Both the position numbers and the translations under genes were made by a program. The notes under the pieces were generated by a model, which saw only the letters and a program-made list of their open reading frames with translations, was not told the origin of the DNA and did no database searches. Shown piece after piece: positions 14,265 to 28,900 of a stretch of 64,000 bases of DNA. Positions within the stretch are counted from its first letter, which is position 1; each line of letters begins with the position of its first letter. Source of the DNA: Mytilus trossulus (Eukaryota); NCBI RefSeq assembly GCF_036588685.1, contig NC_086375.1:69316001-69380000 (forward strand). Direction: 5' to 3'.

Positions 14265-14640
14265 GGTATATCAATGAGAACTTCCGATTCCGTTTGACCA
14301 TTTTGCTTGTTTGATATCAGATATGTTCCTTACGTCGTAACTCTTATCCCCTTTCCTTTCATGAATGTGACCTACCGAATTTGACTTTTTATCGAATTTT
14401 TTATCACATAAGCAACACGACGGGTTCCACATGTAGAGCAGGATTTGCTTACCCTTCCAGAGCACTTGAGATCATCCTTTTTTTATGGGTTTCGTGTTGC
14501 TTATTCTTTAGTTTTCTATGTTATGTCATTTGTACTATTGTTTGTCTGTTTGTCTTTTTCTTTTTTAGCCATGGTGTTGTCAGTTTATTTTCGATTTATG
14601 AGTTTGGCTGTCCCTCTGGTATTTTTCTCCCCTCTTTTAC
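14265..14640 (+). repeat. Interspersed repeat, probably the 3' tail of a retroelement
   Basis: Contains gagcaggatttgcttacccttccagagcacttgag...gtgttgct...tagttttctatgtt. Degenerate copies at ~12430-12500, ~16380-16470 and, reversed, ~60350-60490. The overlapping hydrophobic ORFs are artefacts. Confidence 0.55.
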
Positions 14641-15299
14641 TCGTTAAGCCATGTTTGAGTGAGACACCTACAAGAGAAAAAGTGATAAAGACGATGTAAC
14701 ATCACTAAGAAAAAATAGGAAACTAGAAACTGGATACAATAAATAAGGCAATTCACCAAACGATCAATTCTAATATGACTTCTTCTAAGAGCTCTCAAAT
14801 CTCTGCATATCCGACATGACAGATCTACCAGAAAAATATCAAAACCATCGTTAAAGGTCCAGATACCTTTTGTTAAACAAGTGTCTTCATAACATCCCAT
14901 AATTATATTTCCTCTAAATATTTCCAATAATCTTGTTTTGATATTTGATGTCTTTGATATAACATATTAAAAAGTTATATAAAGGTGTTTTGTTGTTGTT
15001 TTTTTTTTTTACTTTAGAGACAATTGCCTGTGTTTATTTGGCTTTTTATGAAACATTTTTTTCAAGCGTCACTAATGTGGTATTTTTTTTATAGATTGGC
15101 GAAACATGCGCCTGGCGTACACTATTTAAGCCTGGTATCTTTATTGATTTTGTTTTGTTATCTCAAGTAGTTGTTCTGTTCTCTATATATTTCCAATAAG
15201 CTTGTCTTGGTTTTCTTTTCTGTTTTTTTATTCTTCATTTGGCAACTTGCATAGATAATTTGCTATCAGTAACACGGTTTACTCTATATACCCATACCA

Positions 15300-16270
15300 A
15301 AATCATTCGACAAGCTATCACATAGACGACTTGTGCATGAATTACATCAATATGGAATACGGGTTAATCTTCCTATCTGAGTGAAAAACTTTCTAAACGA
15401 AAGAACACAGCACGTCGTCTTCGAAAACGGAAGATCAAACACTGCACCTGTCTCATCAGGAGTTCCTGCGGGCAGCGTCTTGGGTACAAGCCTATTTCTT
15501 TTATACATAAAAGACCATCCAGATTACACTGTCAACAAATCAACAGTTAGACTATTTGCAGATGACACTGCGAATCTGCAAAATATCCTGGAGGCAACAT
15601 CTTCCATAAGTGAACTGGAGTACCTACATAGACCAAGAATTAAGGCCTGAAAGCCAACAACACTAGGGTTTATATCAGGTTTATTAGTGTAAATGTGTAT
15701 TCATGTGTTTTTTTGTTTTTTGTTGTTGTCTAAATGTACTTTAATCATTCTAATCATTTTCTGTGATTTATTTTGTAATTCCTTCATTTGATTGTATAGC
15801 TCAAATTTTGGGCACCATGATTGGTTAATATTTTTTTTTTTATCTATCTAGGGTTTTTATGCAGTGAAGTATACCCAAGCAAGACCAAGGAGCTCTGCTA
15901 CAAGACCCTTGTGAGACCACAGATGAATATGTCAAAATCATTTTGGATCCACACACAGCAGACAACATTCATAAAACCATTTACACCAGCTGCAATAGCC
16001 AACCCTAAAAATACCGCTGTCGCAGAGCTACGAACAAATTCATAATGATGTGTACCACATAGTTATTCACCAATACCACCATCTTGCCTTAATCTAACAA
16101 CAGCAAACTCAAGAGGACACGACTCAAAGATTTCTCGTTCAATTTGCAAGAAAGCCGCTATACCAGCACTAGTTCTTCCCAGACACATTCAGATTATGGA
16201 ACAGCCTGTCATCAACTGTTGTAGCCTGCAACTCAATTGACACAATCAAGTGCGAGTTGCAAATGACATA
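15300..16270 (+). mobile_element. Degenerate non-LTR retrotransposon (CR1/L2-clade-like) reverse transcriptase fragment
   Basis: Translates FDKLSHRRL...NFLNERTQHVV...VSSGVPAGSVLGTSLFLLYI.D...RLFADD (RT motifs), later KTLVRP and FFP.T.RLWNSL. Contains stops, frameshifts and deletions. Confidence 0.85.
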
Positions 16271-17252
16271 GTTGTGTTAAGCTCTGTGTGTGATTGTAAC
16301 TGTACATACTATTTTTAACTGCACTGTAAATATTGGTTTGACTGCATCAAGCATCAGGTCTCAATTGATAGAGTTCCTGTTGCTGGGTCTTTAGTTTTCT
16401 ATGTTATTTAAACTGTTGTCAGTTCGTTTTCGACTTGTCAGTTTTGTTATCCTTTTGTATTGTTCACCTCTCTTTTGGTCATAAGAAGGTATAGTGTGCT
16501 TTTATTTCTAGTTGGCTTTGGTACCTTACAAGCATTCCATACACCCAATATGGTTGATATATTTTTTATAGTTTCTGATAACCTAGCAAAACAACAAAAA
16601 CGTAACATTGACCAATGAACCATGAAAATGTGAATGTCAAATGAACCTACCAGAAATATATATGCACACCATGCAATGTTTCGGATAACATGGCTAAAAC
16701 ACAATGAAATAACCTTAACCTATGAACCATGTTAATGAGGTCAAGGTCATGAACGCTGCCCAACAGACATAAACACTTAAATTTAAAAGTACCCAACCTA
16801 CTGGAATAGAACCATGGTGTCCTGTCTAGTACTATCTACAACTGTTCTTCCAGAGACTACAATGTTTTTATACAGCCAAGTATAACTTGTTTATATGCTA
16901 TGTGAAAGGATGTATAAATGTAAGCTTTGACCTTTATCTATTTCCCATCTACTACCCTGCTATCTATTTCTCATTGATAATTCAAGAAGATTAATAAAAT
17001 ACTTGAAATTGAAATAAATATATTAATGAAATTACACAGGGAAGAAACACTATCAAATGACAAACATGAATGAAATAATGTCCAATAGATTCCAGATGAA
17101 CCCTAGAGTTACAGCTCTGAAACTATTAGAATATTGTGTACTTAATAATTGATCAGATGTCATACATGGTGATAATGGAATCATAAATGTATATTTTAAA
17201 TTTTACTTTTTTAAAAGAAACTTTAAGAAAATCTTAGCAGTCTTCCTTACAA

Positions 17253-18055
17253 CAACAATGCGTCCAAAGTAGACGGATGCCCCACTCGCATAATCATTTT
17301 CCATGTTCAATGGACCGTGAGATTGGATAAAAAATCTTATTTGGCTGTAAAATTAGAAAGATCATATCATATGGAAGTTTCAAGTGGATTGGACTTCAGC
17401 TTCATCAAAAACTACCTTGACCAAAAACTTTAACCTGAAACTCGCGATTCCATTTTCTTAGTTCAGTGGACCATGAAGTTTGGGGTAAAAAATCTAGTTT
17501 GGTTTTAAAATTAGAAAGATCATATCATAAGGAATATTTGTACCAAGTTTCAAGTTGATTGGACTTCAGCTTCATTAAAAACTACCTTGACCAGAAACTT
17601 TAACCTGAAAATTGCACTATCATTTTTCAATGGACCATGAAATTGGGGTCGAAGTCTAATTTGGCTTTCAAAGTTAGAAAGCTTATATCATAAGGAACAT
17701 GTGTACTAAGTTTCATGTTGATTGGACTTCAGATTCATCAAAAACTATTTTGACCAAAAACTTTAACCTGAAAATCACAATTTCATTTTCTTTATTCAGT
17801 GGACTGTGAAATTAGGGTCAAAAGTCTAGTTTGGCTTTACAATTAGAAAGATCATATCATAAGGAACATGTGTACCAAGTTTCTTCAAGTTGATTGGACT
17901 TCAGCTTCATCAAAAACTACATTGACCAAAAATTTTAACCTGAAGCAGGACGAAAGGAAGAACAGACAGACAAACGGATGGAAGAACGAACAGAGGGACG
18001 GATCACAGACCAGAAAACATAATAGCCCTCTACTATCATAGGTGGGGCATAAAAA
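17253..18055. mobile_element. HINE/Helentron-like element carrying a satellite-like array of four ~160-167-bp units
   Basis: Unit aattagaaagatcatatcat...aagtttcaagttgattggacttcagc...ttgaccaaaaactttaacctgaa starts at ~17351, 17510, 17675 and 17842. Followed by a GACR-type microsatellite and a terminal hairpin gccc...ggggcataaaaa. Confidence 0.75.
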
Positions 18056-18893
18056 TAAGGATCTGTGGTATGCTTACCAATGTGACAATTATCCACCAAA
18101 GATCAAATGAATTGCATGTAAGCTTAGGCAACTGTACTTCAACAATGAGTCTATTAAAAATTAAGACATAATGCATTATCCTCTTCCCAGGTTAAACATT
18201 TTTGACCAAAAGGATTTGTCAACTTACTAACGAAAATGTCTGCCCAACTTATGTAAATTAAAAATAATATGCAATTTATAAATGCTCTTAAGTATTAAGT
18301 ATTATTCAGTTAAATCTGTTTAACAGAGATACCCAATAACTCTATTTGACTTGTTCTTATCCAACATGTATTTGACCTCTAATGGTTTACTTTTATATAT
18401 GTTACTTGGATTGAGAGGTGTCTCATTTGCACTCATACCACATCTTCTTATATCAATAATTTAAACCTCATGTGATCTGAAGAATCTTACAGAAAATCAT
18501 ATTTTCATGTTCTCAATGTTCGCATGTTCATTAACATTTTAATCAAGTGTTAAACATAGTACAACAAATTGCAATTGAGACATTTTAAAAGAACAAAACG
18601 TAAAACAAAACATCTTTTAAATTTATTTATACAACAATAGAATTATTTGCAAAGTAACACTCTTAATTCTGTCATAAATGGACCAACAGAACTAAAAGTC
18701 AATCTATCACTTACTATATACAAGTCTACATCAAAACTCATTCATATATCAGGAGCAAGTGGAGGCAGGGTGAAATGGTCAAAAAGGGAAATAACTCTGT
18801 CAATAGAAAGGGAAGCCAGAACAAATTTGATATCAAACTTTCCATTTTTAGTTCATGATAATAGAAATCATACCAAAAATCTAGATAAGAATA

Positions 18894-19099
18894 CTGTAAA
18901 TTCAGAAATGATTGCGAGGTTTTTATTATTGCGAAAAATGCGACAGAGTTGTAAACGCATTAATTTAAACTCGCATTTTGAAATATTTTATATGAATGAA
19001 ACAGGATTTTTCTCAAAATCCAAAAAAATAAAATCGCATTCAAGTTTAAAATTACAAAATCGCAATAATAAATGCACACAATAATTTCTGAATTTACAG
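18894..19099. mobile_element. MITE with TA target-site duplication (Tc1/mariner-type)
   Basis: TA|CTGTAAATTCAGAAAT ... ATTTCTGAATTTACAG|TA. Confidence 0.85.
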
Positions 19100-19928
19100 T
19101 ATTTAAAATCCACAGGCTATGATGTGTAAAATCATGATCTAGCTGCAGAAAAAGACCAGCTTAATATCTGCAACTTTCATTAATTTATTTTAAAACTTTA
19201 ATATAATTTAAAAAGGAGATTGTAGAAGGCATCATGGCTAAATCATAAGCTTTTTAACTGAATCATTTTAACGATTTATGATTTATATTGCACATAATGC
19301 AATTTTTTCTATCTCACACTACTTAAGTGATGAGGGTTTTGCTCAGGCAAGTAGAGGAGTAGAAAAATATATTATCAATTGTCAAAAATGTTTATAATTT
19401 ACATGCCAACTCAAGGCTTATTAATGAGATTGCAGCAGAAAAATTCCTTGATTGAAGAACCACACATGCACACCCTGAACTCCAACATAGTAACACTGTG
19501 CCAAAACATAAATCCCTACAGTTTCTAACTGTTGTTCATCAAACAAATAGTGACAACAGCAACTAACACTGGACTTTTGATCTAGGTATGATGTGGGTAT
19601 ATCTCATTGGGGTCTAAGTGTGACACGGGATTGTCAACTTTTTGTAAGCGTGACAAATGAAAATCAAATTATTGTGCTTTCTTTAAAATAAATATAAAGT
19701 TTAACTTATAATTGACATACAAAATAAAGACTCACTGTCAATATATAATAACTACATAATTTCCATTGCTTAATGCAGCTTATTAAATAACATGCAAGTA
19801 TACTTCTTTACGAATTCTAAGTCTTTATAGAAACATAAGACAAGAAGTTATACTATCCCTCTTTTATCCTGGATGGGGCATAACAATCTTACTCATTATA
19901 TAAATTAATGTTCTAAATTTGATAATCA

Positions 19929-22900
19929 TCATAATTCTGTTTCAATTGTCCCAAATTGATAGTTGTCCCATATTTGATCAAATAATGTTGCACAGTCAAC
20001 CTGACTTTCTAATTTGGCACATAACAGAAAAGATCCAGCCATTTTTCTGTGTAAGGAATAAGTTTCCTCTGGTGGTGGTGTGAGTCTATGTTTAGCCATG
20101 ACGGGTATCTGGTCTTGAATCTGACTAGCTGTAGACTGTTTACCAAAGTCAAATGGTTCTTTGCTTGCAAATGCTCTGCCTAAAATCATCACTGATTCTA
20201 TATGGGCTTTCTCCATAATCTGAAATTATTAAGGTGAGAAAAAGTTTTAACAAAACCCATGTTAACTGGACTATAATAGAGGGAGGGTAGGAGGGGTCCT
20301 GATCCCGAAATCCCGGGCTTAAAAACATGAAATCCCAAGGTCCCTAAATTCGAAAAAAAGAATTCCCGGATCCTGGAAGGGTCAATCCCGAAATCCCGAG
20401 CTTAAAAATACCCAATCCCGGAGTCCCGATAAAGGTCCTATCCCCCCTCATAATACAGCTGCTGTCATTTAGTCTCTGGTTGAGTGTTGTCACATTGGCA
20501 ATCATACCACATCATCTTATTTTAATAATACTATGATATTTGTTCCAATGGCATAAATTCTTTAGCAATTTTTAAATAGACTTGATCCCTACAAAATTTT
20601 AATTGAAGATAACAAATGACAGATTATATTCAACCAATGCTCCTTATTGTAGGCATTAAAACTATAAAGATTTTTCATTACCTTAGTTTCATATCCTGTA
20701 AGGAAGCCTGTGGCCTGAGACCATTTCAGTATTCCATCCCTGTCTTGATCTCTGGCTGATTTTATAATCCTGATGTAATCATCAACAAACTTTTTATGGA
20801 ATTCTCTAGTGGCACCAAAATCTAACAGAATCACCTATAAAGTAGAAACTTTGTATACTTGCTAGCTTTTATCAATTTTACAATGAAAGGCTGAAAATTA
20901 TTTAGAGGCTGTAAGAGGCAGAGGAGGTAACTGCATCCTCAATCTTATTCATATTGGCCAAAAAAAATCATAAAATAAAAGAAGAATTTGCCTATGGGAC
21001 ATAGATTCTCCTGCTTGAAAGTATGCATGAGTCAATGAACTAATTTGTACCTATTGACGTTCTGTTTTCTTTGACATTTCCTTCAGTATGTTGTCTTTAG
21101 AGATTGTTTTGATGTTTGACGTCACTCAAGTTGAACTGTGTTTGGTAGTTCATTGTGTAAAAAGCATTGGGTATACACGTAAGTTTTATAACATTTGTTA
21201 GAGGCATAGTAAAGTTACAGTGTTGAAACACTTAATTCACCATTTTTTTCTTTATTGGCTCTTTCTTTCTTTTCAAAAACTGTATTTTACTTTTTTTTTA
21301 TTTTTACTTAAAAATGTGAATCCAAATCTTTTTTTTATAGATTCTATATAACAGTGCAATTTACCTTTTCCTTCCAAATGCTGCTTTTACTCTTTCTCTC
21401 TAAACACTGTGTATTTTACTCTTTCATACTTTAAAAGACTGTATTTTACTCCTTCTTACTTAAGACTGTGTATTTTACTACTTCTCTCTAAACACTGTGT
21501 ATTTTACTCTTTCTTTCTTAAAACTGTGTATTTTACTTCTTCTTTCTAAACACTGTGTATTTTACTCTTTCTTTCTTAAAACTGTGTATTTTACTCTTTC
21601 TCTCTAAACACTGTATTCAACTCTTTCTTTGTAAACTCTGTGTTTTAATCTTTCTTTTTAAACACTTTTTTACATATTCTTTATATTACTTTTTTTTCTC
21701 TTGAACACTTGTTTATTTTACTCTTTTTCTCTAAACACTGTGTATTTTACTCTTTCTTTCTTAAAACTGTGTATTTTACTCCTTCTTTCTAAACACTATG
21801 TATTTTACTCTTTCTTTCTAAACACTGTGTATTTTACTCTTTCTCTTTAAACACTGAGTTTTTTACTCTTTTTTTCTAAACACTGAGTATTTTACTTTTT
21901 CTCTCTAAACACTGTATTTTACTTCTACATTCTAACAAATGTGCAGTTTACCCTTTCTCTCTAAACACTGAGTATTTTACTCTTTCTTTCTAAACACTGA
22001 GTATTTTACTCTTTCTTTCTAAACACTGAGTATTTTACTCTTTCTTTCTAAATGCTATTTTTGTCTTTCTTTCTGAACACTATATTTTACTCCTACTTCT
22101 AACCAATGTGTATTTTATCTTTCTTTCTGAACACTATATTTGACCTACCTTATCTGTTTTAGGATCGTAGAAGAAATTTGACCAGTTAGGATCTGTCTGC
22201 ATAAATCTCCATTCAAATAATTCTGTTAAAGTTAGATATAGTAAATTTTGACCAATCTGAAATGAGAAGGACTTAAAATTAATGATATGAAGCAAAAAAA
22301 CTGATCTGACTACTGACTACCTTTTTAAAATTAACAATTTCATATCTTTGACTGAAGGATTCAGTTTGATTTGTAGTTAAGGCAGTATTTTATTTTTGAC
22401 TTTCAAGTGTGTATTTGAAGAAATATATGTTTTCTCTTCATTTCAATCTAAGCAACAATTAAAAGCAGTAACTTCAAAAGTTCTGCAATTTCCAAGAAAA
22501 CAATAATGATAATGACTCATCATTTTTTAAGGGAAAATGGTGATTTTATTACCAAAAATCTAATCATACTTTAGAAAAGAAGGTCCTTTCAGATTGTCTT
22601 CTTTGAGTACTTTTCTCAAAATTAAAATGATTTATTTGTCCTGTATACATTGTTTGTTATGTATCTTCAATCTAAGTGACTGAATAAACTTGTAGTTAAA
22701 CTACTGTATCAGTCAACACCGAGGTTTAGAGTTTGACTCCCAAACATGGCAGGTACTCTTGACTAGAAGAGTTGGGATCCCACTAACATGTTTAACCCTT
22801 TTTTTGTACATAAATAAGGCTGTTAGTTTTCTCTTTTGAATTGTTTTTCATTTGTGATTTCAGGATTTATAGATTACTTTGCAGTATGGGCTTGCTCATT

Positions 22901-25900
22901 GTTGAACGCCATACAGTGACCTGTAGGTGTAATTTTTGTGTCATATGGTCTCTTGTGGAAAGTTGTCTCATTGGCAATCATACCAAATCTTCTTTTTTTA
23001 TACAATCTTAATTGATTACAGGTAGGATAGTCAGTTTTCCTATGGCTTCTCTCTGGCTTCCTCCACCAATAAAAACTGACCACCATGAAATCACACAATA
23101 GTATTGTAAGTGGCATTAAACACCAATCAATAAATCAAGTAACCTGCTTGTTATTATATAGCAAAGATGCATATTATACAGTAAATACTTCCTTAGGTAT
23201 GACTGTAGGGTGTCAACAATGGAGGTATAATACAGGTGCAAGTTAAGTAAATGGACACAGTAATGTGTGCAATACAAGAGCAACAGTAACCACTTATATA
23301 TATCTTTGAATAGGTACAATTCATTCTTCAAATAAACATGCTCCCACAGTTTATTCCTAAGGAATTCAATTAAAAATGCACTCAATACATTTAAAATTTA
23401 GGGTAACATCAAAATGTTTCTAAAATGCACATCATTCACTAACTGTAAGAGCTAAATTGTATTTTAATTTCATAATTTCATTCGGTGTCTAGAGAAACTT
23501 GAGGTTCCTAGGTTTGAATTCAAAAACATGATAGTGATGATCATTGCCGTCTTCTTTAAATAATGTTTGTTTGTTTGTAAAAAAATATATTCTTAAATAC
23601 ACACTTCAAGGACTATGCTCAACTGAAATAAAGACCTACAATTTATTCTCTTACTTCAATGCCAGTATAATATTATATATTTCATAAAAATCAGGTTCCT
23701 TAGCAGTCATTTTAATCACTCTATTAATGACCAATACAATGAAATTAATATCTCAATTTTCTTGTTTATCAATTTTGCTATATATACTGTTTTTTTTGTA
23801 TCCATTTTATTTTCAAGAAAACATCCAAAAACCTTAATCTTGAAAATGAAAAACATGATATCTATAAGATTGGTTCTTTGTGTTTTATTCATTGTTAGTT
23901 GTTTTTTTGTGCTGTGTGCCTGGCAGATGAGCAAAGCCCTTTTCTAATGATTTTTTTATAGAGATTAGTTTATTGTTATATTGTGTTACACCAAATATAT
24001 CAAACCAAGCCTGTGCCAAGTCAGGAGTCTGTAATAAAGTGATGTCTTTGGTTGCTTTCCATTATATTTGTTTTTTGTTAATTGTTCTGTCATTAATCAG
24101 CTCTTTTTTTTTGAGTCCATATGACAGTCTGTCAGATATCATAGCTTTCAAGAATCCAAATTTAAATATCTGTGGACTGGTGAATGATAATCAACGAGAA
24201 ACACAGCTCGACAAAACTCTTAACCATTACATGACAGCTTGAAAAAGAGGTCAAACCAAGGAAGGTACATAATCATGATGAGCAAGGTCTAACCCTAAAT
24301 TAATTCCATGGAAATTTTGGTTGACCTAGGAGGTAAAGAGAACAAGTCATTTGCAACAATTTACGTATAAGTAATATTAATGATTCTTCATTTTGGCAAG
24401 AGATTTTCCATAAAATTCAGGGAACAAACTTTTTTGGAAAGTGCAATAAAGTATGGTACAAGTAGTTGACGTGTCTGTCAAATGTTTATGATGTTGGGTT
24501 AGTACTATACATCCAGGGGAGATATCACATACTTAGAGTATAAGTTTATGTGATACAAATATGAACCCTGCTTTTTACTAGACCAACAAGCTACTTGTCA
24601 AAGGAACAGTCACACTATTCTAACCCTGAGCCATCCGGTCTTTGCTCTTACTACTACTTACTTAACTGCAGCTTGCTAAGAAGTAGCTTTTACTTATTTT
24701 CAAAACAAACCAGCCAATCTGAACTAAAGACCTCACGCTTTGAAGGTTAGGACAGGAGACAGGAATTACATAAAATACTATACAGTACAAATGGACATAA
24801 ACCTTCTATCAGCTCCTTTAAGAAGGACTTTAAAAACAGACGTTCAAAACAAAACAACAAACAAATGGTTTAAATAGTCTGCCTTGTAATCGACACAAAA
24901 TGATATGGAATTTTTAAATGCACCTCTCATTCAAATTGTCAAAAGTGATTTTTTTTAAATTATTTTTTCTTGTATATTTTTTGTTAGATCCAATCAAACC
25001 TGTGATCAATGCATTTTTTCAGCATACTTGACTTTATCAAATAGCTTGCAGCAGAAAGTATAAAAATCTTTTCCAAACATTATAACCTATGGGAGATAAC
25101 TCCAAATATTTAGCTAGAAGTTCATCTGGTAAAAAAGGTTTAAAAAAATGTTTTGATTAATGAAGTTTTGAAATTAAAATAAGCAAATGATCTCCAATTA
25201 AATTCAGTAAAATCTAACCAATTCAAACAGTTTTATTTTTATTCTAAAAGCCATAAATATAATTGGATAGGAAAGTAAATTAGTTGTTAATATCATATCT
25301 AAGAAAAATATGTTTAGAAGCACAATACAAATACCCGATATATCTAACAAAATATAAAAGTTTAGAAGAAATATTATATACACATGTTGTTTTAAATTTA
25401 TAGGAAACTAAAGTCTGGTAGTCATTGAACTGTTCATAGAACTAGCCGTGTCACTTTTACTGAATGAGAATGTTCCGTCACTGAAAACACTATGTGGAGT
25501 ATCAGCATCGCTAGCGACACTTTGTGGTGTCTCACAATCAGATACATCTCCGTAAGATGATGTGATGCTATCACTTAAGTTAGATTGGAGAGGCTTAAGC
25601 ACCTTTTCAATTGTAAACAATGAACTTTTTCTGTTTTGAGATTTGGTGAAGTTGTATGTCCCTTTTATTCCATAATTTTGTTTCACGGAAGTCATTTGCC
25701 TAATACTAGATGTTTTTCTACAACAAACTATCATAAGAAAGGCAGTTCGGAAATCTTCTCTAAGCCAACAATATATGAAGGGATTTACAGCAGAATTACT
25801 CATAGCAAGAGTCAAAAAAATATTTTTGATCATCTCTGATGAGTCCTTATTGTTAGAAATGTACTTTATAATGCAGCCAATCATAAAGGGGATCCAGAAT

Positions 25901-28900
25901 AGGTAGAACAGTATAGAAATCAGTCCCATCATCTTAGCTGATTTTGTATCCCTCTTAAACTGCCTTCGTCCAAACACCTTATTGGAGGAGGTGGACCTTC
26001 TCTCTAATTGACGTTTACTATAGCTAACTGTTTCTTGATAGATTTTGAAATACAAGTAGGTTGTAATTATAATAGCTAGCATAATAACAACTGGTGTGGT
26101 AAGAATTGTATATGGCACCGGTAATACCGTGAAAAAGTTACAGATGTGAGTTACGTTATTATTTAATTCATTGTAATGATTCCATCCAATCAATGGTAAG
26201 AAAGCCACAATCACATGATACATCCATATACCAACTATTAAAAACATAGCTCTTCTTTTGGTCATTGTTACACGATAAATTAACGGTCTTGTAATAGCAA
26301 TGAATCGGTCAAATGCAATGGCAACAAGGCTTATCAAGGATGCACTTAACGTTCCCAGTGCAAAGCTATACTTTATTAGACAGAGATATTTTATTCTACT
26401 TAAAGCATCACCATGGAAATAAAAGCACACATACAATGGTAAAGTCACCACACCTAGCAGAAGATCAGCCATAGCCAGACTTCCTATCAATAAATTGGTT
26501 GTGGTTCTAAATTTCGGAAATCTGTACAAAGTTATAATAACAAGAGAGTTTCCAATAAATATAAAAGGAATCATGATTGCAACAACACATCCAAATATAT
26601 CATCCGTTGAAATCGAGTAAACAGTGTCATCAAAACTTAAATTCCTTCTTTCAGGAAAACAATCCTGAGTATTCCAAAATGGATCTTCCTCCTTGCTTAG
26701 TAGATCCTCCATCTCAGTTCTTGCTCTTTCAATAAAATATGCTGGAGACTATAAACATTCTATATAATATCAACAGCCAGTAAATGAACTTTTAACAAAT
26801 GCAAAACAATTAATCTTCCTCTTTCTACTTAATATATTATGATGTGGTATTTGTTTTTAACTGATAAATTAACAGAATGAAAGATTAACTTTCAAAATGA
26901 ATCAACACTTATACTATAGATCTCGACTGACATTTAGAGTAAGGGAATTTCCCTTAAATACAGTGAGTTCATTTAAGCTAAATTGTATTCATTTACATTT
27001 ATAAGCAAAAAAAAATTTAACTAATTAAATTTAGTTAAATTCCATTATAAGATTTTTTTACTTTAAAAGTTCTTATTATTTAAAAACATAATTTCTTGAC
27101 TTTTTTATGTGTATTCCATTTTAGATATTAAAATCTTACATTAAATTTATTTTGTGTATTAAAAAGTTCAAAAATTTATTCTTAAAAATTTGATCTACAG
27201 TATCTTACAGTTTTGAAAGTTTGAAGACTTATGTAGGACATATAATACTGAAGATCTTGTCAAATTTCTAACATGTCTAATAACACATGTGTTTTATCTC
27301 TCTGAAACTCACTGACTTTTTGTTTCCATTTAAAAACAAGACAATTATGTACTTTTAAAATTACATAACTAGATCAGTCATTGGATATCAAGATAGAAAC
27401 ATACTTTGAAAACAGTTTAACCTATCATCACAAGTAAGATTTGTTAAAGCAGTCACTGCATAGTAACATAGTATATTTAACACCTGTACAAAGTGCACCT
27501 TTTATAAATCAAATATGTACTTTTATATGGAACATAACTTAGAGTATTAGAATTCCATTTCAAACAACTAAAAGGAAAACCAAAACACAGATGATTTTTT
27601 TATTATGAAAATCTGTCTCTAGCAAAAAACAGGTAAAATGGTCTTATGTAGTCTCTAAGAGCAGTAATACAATAATAAGTGAATCCACACGAAACACTCG
27701 CAGTGACACAGTGACACTTAGTCTGTAAGACATCATCATAACAATCAGCACAATATATGTTAACATCTCAGGTGCTGAAGATCCTGTACTCACCTGCAAA
27801 TTTTATATCGACCTCATTAGAGCACTAGAAGTGTAAAGTAGAGGCTGTTAGGTCTAAAGTGTACCTCTCTTCATAGACATAGGTATCTATGCCTGAATAT
27901 CAACAAAAGATTTGGTATGATTGCCAAAGAGACAACTTCCACAAGAGAACAAATGGCAATGAAATTATAAACTATAGGTCACTGTACAATCTACAATCAA
28001 CAATGAACAAAGCTCATACCGTATAGTCAGCTATAAAAGGCTAAGAAATGAAAATGTAAAATGATTCAAAGGAGAAAACTAACAGCCTGATTCATAGACC
28101 CACTGACTGCCTAAAAGGGGGCTCCACTTCAGTCATGTTTGGAGGCAGTGTTGTAAGGTAAATATTATTGCACCAAAGTCTGAGAACAACCATAATAAAT
28201 CACATCAGTCAAAGGTAAGCATTTACAGCATGTGTACAAAGTCAAGTCTACAGAAATATTGTGGTAAGACAAGCCATTTATTAACATAAATTTAGGAAAA
28301 TTTTCAGGTGAAGACATACTTTTATACATTGACTAGGAATTAAAGAGGATTTTTATCTACATTAATGATACACCTATACAAATAAGTATGATCAGCAATA
28401 ATCATTAAAAGATAAATATTAAATTATCAAATAATTTTATCTAAACACTTTATAGATTTAATTTTGATAAAGACGTGATCTCAAGTAATCAAGTCATAAT
28501 AAATTTATATAAATATGGCAACATCTTTACCACAAGAACAATGTCCATCCTTATGCCAGTTGTGTAATAGAGATCCAAAAATAAAATGGAAATGTGTGGA
28601 CTGTGACCTACTGATGTGCATACAATGTAAAAACAATATACATAATAAAATCAAAACAGAGCGACAGCATAGAATCATTGACATTAAGGAAGTAAGCAAT
28701 GTAGAACTGCAAGCACCTGCTACTGAGGTTCATATAACTAGTGACAAGAAATATTCAACTAGAATGGATTACATCAGGTGTTTAGCTGTATCCCTGGATG
28801 GTTCTCTGTGGATTGGTGATGGAAAGGTTGTATTTCACCCATTCACTTATGTCACTCATGCTACAGCACTGCAGAAAGTCATTGTTGAAGATGATAAACT

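Noticed and set aside
14271-14927. Overlapping hydrophobic ORFs
   Set aside because: Derived from a T-rich interspersed repeat; no splice or domain support.
18647-19084. 145-aa plus-strand ORF
   Set aside because: Non-ATG start, half composed of a MITE, antisense to the probable COQ8 3' UTR.
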